A DNA stretch of 61,135 nt from an uncultured Bacilli bacterium (lineage in GTDB: Bacteria > Bacillota_I > Bacilli_A > RF39 > UBA660), in assembly GCA_944358535.1 (NCBI GenBank), contig CALVRH010000004.1:1-61135 (forward strand). The letters are read 5' to 3'. Positions within the stretch are counted from its first letter, which is position 1, and the number at the start of each line of letters is the position of its first letter. This document shows positions 58,555 to 61,135 of the stretch, in pieces. The notes below the pieces were generated by a model that was not told where the DNA came from, did no database searches, and was given only the letters and a program-made list of their open reading frames with translations. Both the position numbers and the translations under genes were made by a program.

Positions 58555-58803
58555 TCAATCTTCTCTATCTATATTAGAAAATAGTTCATCGGAAAAAAAT
58601 TCTTCTAAAGTCATATTAAGTCCATCGCATATTCTAACAATTGTAAGTAATTTTGGATTAACAGAATTACATTCAATAATATTTTGAACCGTGCTTTGTG
58701 TTAAACAGCAAATATTCGCAAGTTTATTAACGGATATCCCTCTCTCATCACAAATTTTCAGTAATTTTTTTGACATTGCTTCACATATTTTCACAAGACT
58801 CAC
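58555..58803 (-). CDS. XRE-family helix-turn-helix transcriptional regulator
   Basis: 82 aa with an HTH_3-like SVNKLANICCLTQSTVQNIE block. Confidence 0.85.
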   Translation of the reverse strand: MSLVKICEAMSKKLLKICDERGISVNKLANICCLTQSTVQNIIECNSVNPKLLTIVRICDGLNMTLEEFFSDELFSNIDRED

Positions 58804-58839
58804 CTTATGCTAATTTTAACAATACTAACCGCATATCGT

Positions 58840-58857
58840 TTAACCACATAAGGTTAA
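58840..58857. promoter_or_regulatory. Palindromic operator candidate TTAACC-N6-GGTTAA (site 2)
   Basis: Same half-sites as site 1, located upstream of the XRE gene. Confidence 0.5.
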
Positions 58858-58908
58858 ATAAAAAACAATTATACTAAAAATTTTCCCCATTAGTATAATT
58901 GTTTAATT

Positions 58909-60231
58909 TTAAAAATCTTTTTCAATACAAAATACTGCATAAAGTGGAATTGATTTAATTTGTTTTTCTTTATCGAATCCAAAATTCCTCGCACTAATTC
59001 TAATCATATATTTTGGTTTATACTTTTCGAAATAAACATTTAAACTCTTAGAACGTACTGTATCACCAGCCTTAACCTCTACCGGAATAATACCATCCTT
59101 TAAATAAAGTAAAAAATCAACTTCAGAAGTATTATTTTGCCAGTAAAACAAATCATGTTTATTACATGTTAATTGATTAGCTACATAATTTTCTGCAATA
59201 ATCCCTTTATAAAGTGAAATATTATCAGATAAAATATCATTCATTGAAATTTTTAATATATTATTTAAAATACCTACATCACTCAAATATAATTTAAATG
59301 TATTATTATCTACAAATCCCATTAAAGGAACCTCTGGCACTTTCACGATATTAGAAACAAGCACCATATTACTAGCTTCTAACCAATCTAAAGAAGTTTC
59401 ATATTCTCTAGCACGCGCACCTTTATCAACCTTTGAAAATTGAAACTTATTAGATAAATTAGAAAGTTGTGATGGAAGCGAATTATAAACCCTAGAAATC
59501 TTTAAAGCCTCAGATTCACTTGTGACATATTTATCCATATCTTTAAAATAAGAACTTATAATATCAGTCAAAATTGAAGTATCATACTTAATGTAATCAC
59601 CATTAGCTCTAACCATACTTTTCACACTTTCAGGCATACCACCAGTAATCAAATAAATTCTATAAAGTCGCAAGGCCTTTTCATGAAGTGGTTCTGAAAT
59701 AGGTTTATTATTTAAATAACTATCCTTAATTAAATTAATAAGTAAATTCTCACCCATGGCCATTAAAAATTCTTCAAAATCCATTGGGTATAAATTAATC
59801 ATTTTAACTTTACCAACAGGAAAAGAAAATTTTGCTCTTTTTAATTTTACCCCAAGTAAAGAACCAGCACATACAATTCTTACATTATTATGTTTCTCAC
59901 AAAAATATTTTAATTCTGAAATTAATTTTTCTGATTCCTGAATCTCATCAATAAATAAAATAGAATTTTCTTTTTCAAAATCAAAATTTAATAAAACCTT
60001 AAGCTGAGCAAACTTCTCATCAGAAGTTAATTTTGAATTATAAAGTTCTATAACACTATCATTTTCAAATAAATTTACATAAGCATAATTTTCATATTCC
60101 TTTTTGCAAAACTCATCCAAAATATAAGTTTTTCCAGACTGCCTAACACCAAGTACCATAAGTGGTTTAATATTAGCACTATCATTTTTCCAATTTAAAA
60201 GTTCATCATATATTTTTCTTTTCAAAGTCAA
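58909..60231 (-). CDS. AAA_14/DUF4143-type ATP-binding protein
   Basis: Walker A GVRQSGKTY and Walker B ILFIDEIQ. About 440 aa with a C-terminal restriction-endonuclease-like EVDF...PVEVK block. TTG start behind GGTGG. Confidence 0.78.
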   Translation of the reverse strand: MTLKRKIYDELLNWKNDSANIKPLMVLGVRQSGKTYILDEFCKKEYENYAYVNLFENDSVIELYNSKLTSDEKFAQLKVLLNFDFEKENSILFIDEIQESEKLISELKYFCEKHNNVRIVCAGSLLGVKLKRAKFSFPVGKVKMINLYPMDFEEFLMAMGENLLINLIKDSYLNNKPISEPLHEKALRLYRIYLITGGMPESVKSMVRANGDYIKYDTSILTDIISSYFKDMDKYVTSESEALKISRVYNSLPSQLSNLSNKFQFSKVDKGARAREYETSLDWLEASNMVLVSNIVKVPEVPLMGFVDNNTFKLYLSDVGILNNILKISMNDILSDNISLYKGIIAENYVANQLTCNKHDLFYWQNNTSEVDFLLYLKDGIIPVEVKAGDTVRSKSLNVYFEKYKPKYMIRISARNFGFDKEKQIKSIPLYAVFCIEKDF

Positions 60232-60279
60232 TCACCCACCACAATATTATCATATTTTTTATATAAAATCAAATGACAC

Positions 60280-60363
60280 ATCACATTTTTCATAGATAAA
60301 TTTTGATGTTTCATCACGTTTTTCATAGATGAAATTTGAAAATATATCACATTTTTCATACAT
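60280..60363. repeat. Three direct repeats ATCAC(A/G)TTTTTCATA(G/C)AT with an exact 33-bp period
   Basis: Copies start at 60280, 60313 and 60346, immediately upstream of the ATPase gene promoter region. Confidence 0.85.
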
Positions 60364-60449
60364 AACACAATCAAACATCAAATTATTTAAAATAAATCTA
60401 TTTCATTAATTATAATTATTAAACCATCATAATCTATATTGGTGATATA

Positions 60450-61097
60450 ATGAAAATCTTTTCTATTAATCATTTAATACTCATTTTTTTATTAATATTA
60501 TTTTCAGTATTAATTGGACTCAAGATTAAAAAAAGTAAAAACATTTTATCATATATTTTAATTTTCCTACTATCTTTAGAAATATCAAAATTTTTATTTT
60601 TAATATTAACAAATGATTTTAAAATAAATAATGACTTGCCTTTGCAACTATGTTACCTATATCCATTCATTGGACTAATCTACTTAAAAACAAAAAAAGA
60701 ATTCCTATTAAACTACTTAGGCGCTTTCGGTATTTTCTTTAGTTTTTTTGCCATCATCTTTACAAATCCAACCAATCTATATGATTTTCGCATTTTATAT
60801 TGTTATATTTATCATTTTTTCTTATTAATATCAGGTATTTATATAACTAAAAATTTTAAAACCAAATTTTCTTTCAAAAACATATTAATTATGTTTGTAC
60901 AAATAGCTATCGCTTTTATAGCCAATTCTATAATAAAAAATGGAGCTAATTACATTTTTTTAAATACCTTTTTAGATCCGTTTCATTATACAAAATATGT
61001 TGATAATGTATCTGCTTTCAACATAAAATTATTTGGAATTTCAATCAATGACATTCTAATTTTTTTATTTACTAGGAATTTGCTTTGTAAAAGGTAA
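60450..61097 (+). CDS. Polytopic membrane protein (YwaF/TIGR02206-like guess)
   Basis: 215 aa with about 7 TM segments. No catalytic motif recognised. Confidence 0.45.
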   Translation: MKIFSINHLILIFLLILFSVLIGLKIKKSKNILSYILIFLLSLEISKFLFLILTNDFKINNDLPLQLCYLYPFIGLIYLKTKKEFLLNYLGAFGIFFSFFAIIFTNPTNLYDFRILYCYIYHFFLLISGIYITKNFKTKFSFKNILIMFVQIAIAFIANSIIKNGANYIFLNTFLDPFHYTKYVDNVSAFNIKLFGISINDILIFLFTRNLLCKR

Positions 61098-61099
61098 AA

Positions 61100-61121
61100 G
61101 TTTGCAAAAAGTTATTTACAA
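61100..61121 (+). repeat. 22-nt element GTTTGCAAAAAGTTATTTACAA, copy 2
   Basis: Identical to 23100-23121. It lies 3 nt after the stop codon, with the window ending 14 nt later. Confidence 0.9.
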
Positions 61122-61135
61122 ATATAACTATTCGT

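Noticed and set aside
60280-60363. Possible CRISPR array (regularly spaced repeats)
   Set aside because: There are only three copies. The repeats are 18 nt with ~15-nt spacers, far below CRISPR dimensions, the spacers are partly similar to each other, and no cas genes are present. It was kept as a regulatory or tandem repeat instead.
626-61135. Numerous 60-130-aa ORFs antisense to or nested within long genes, including 834-1034, 4332-4742, 5361-5633, 8986-9273, 14990-15322, 15381-15782, 22274-22978, 27911-28219, 34769-35038, 52853-53125 and 55023-55277
   Set aside because: They lie opposite well-supported genes, lack RBSs and have low-complexity composition typical of AT-rich antisense frames. 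They were treated as spurious.

Overview
This is a 61.1-kb chromosomal window from a very AT-rich, low-GC Gram-positive bacterium (Bacillota). The gene style is reminiscent of Erysipelotrichales-type gut organisms, but that cannot be proven from this sequence. Almost everything is encoded on the minus strand. Layout: (1) 64-16198 is a cell-surface glycan locus with ugd, a split Alg13/Alg14-like GT, GT2/GT4 enzymes, a Wzy-like/GT4 fusion, Wzx and glf. It also carries a separate gtrB-like + 2x GT-C transcription unit. (2) 16330-27431 is a cell-wall module: a four-ricin-trefoil GH25 muramidase, an O-acyltransferase, an alpha/beta hydrolase, a kinase-less six-PASTA membrane protein, an orphan ORF and a 1178-aa GH73 autolysin. 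(3) 27780-33769 is housekeeping: a CDP-alcohol phosphatidyltransferase, a rhomboid protease, rluD, lspA, dCMP deaminase, trxA, cvpA and rnhC. (4) 33777-38562 holds a class B sortase plus a 1371-aa IPQTG-anchored Cna-type adhesin. (5) 39022-44157 is the most unusual region. It is a six-gene cluster encoding two viperin-like radical SAM proteins (one fused to a cytidylate-kinase domain), two CYTH proteins, an MBL-fold hydrolase and an embedded LysR regulator. I interpret it as a candidate, apparently undescribed, nucleotide-modification or antiviral system. (6) 44534-50247 is a tightly packed hisS-aspS operon followed by two degenerate ClpX-like AAA+ paralogs and ttcA. (7) 50972-52465 is an intact ISL3-family IS with 8-bp target duplications, inserted inside the tuf terminator hairpin. 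(8) 52492-56765 is the str operon (rpsL-rpsG-fusA-tuf). (9) 56919-61097 is an accessory patch with an RNHCP protein, an XRE regulator with paired palindromic operators, and a DUF4143-type ATPase preceded by a 33-bp periodic repeat. No rRNA, tRNA or CRISPR array was recognised. All family assignments rest on motif recognition by eye, not on searches.
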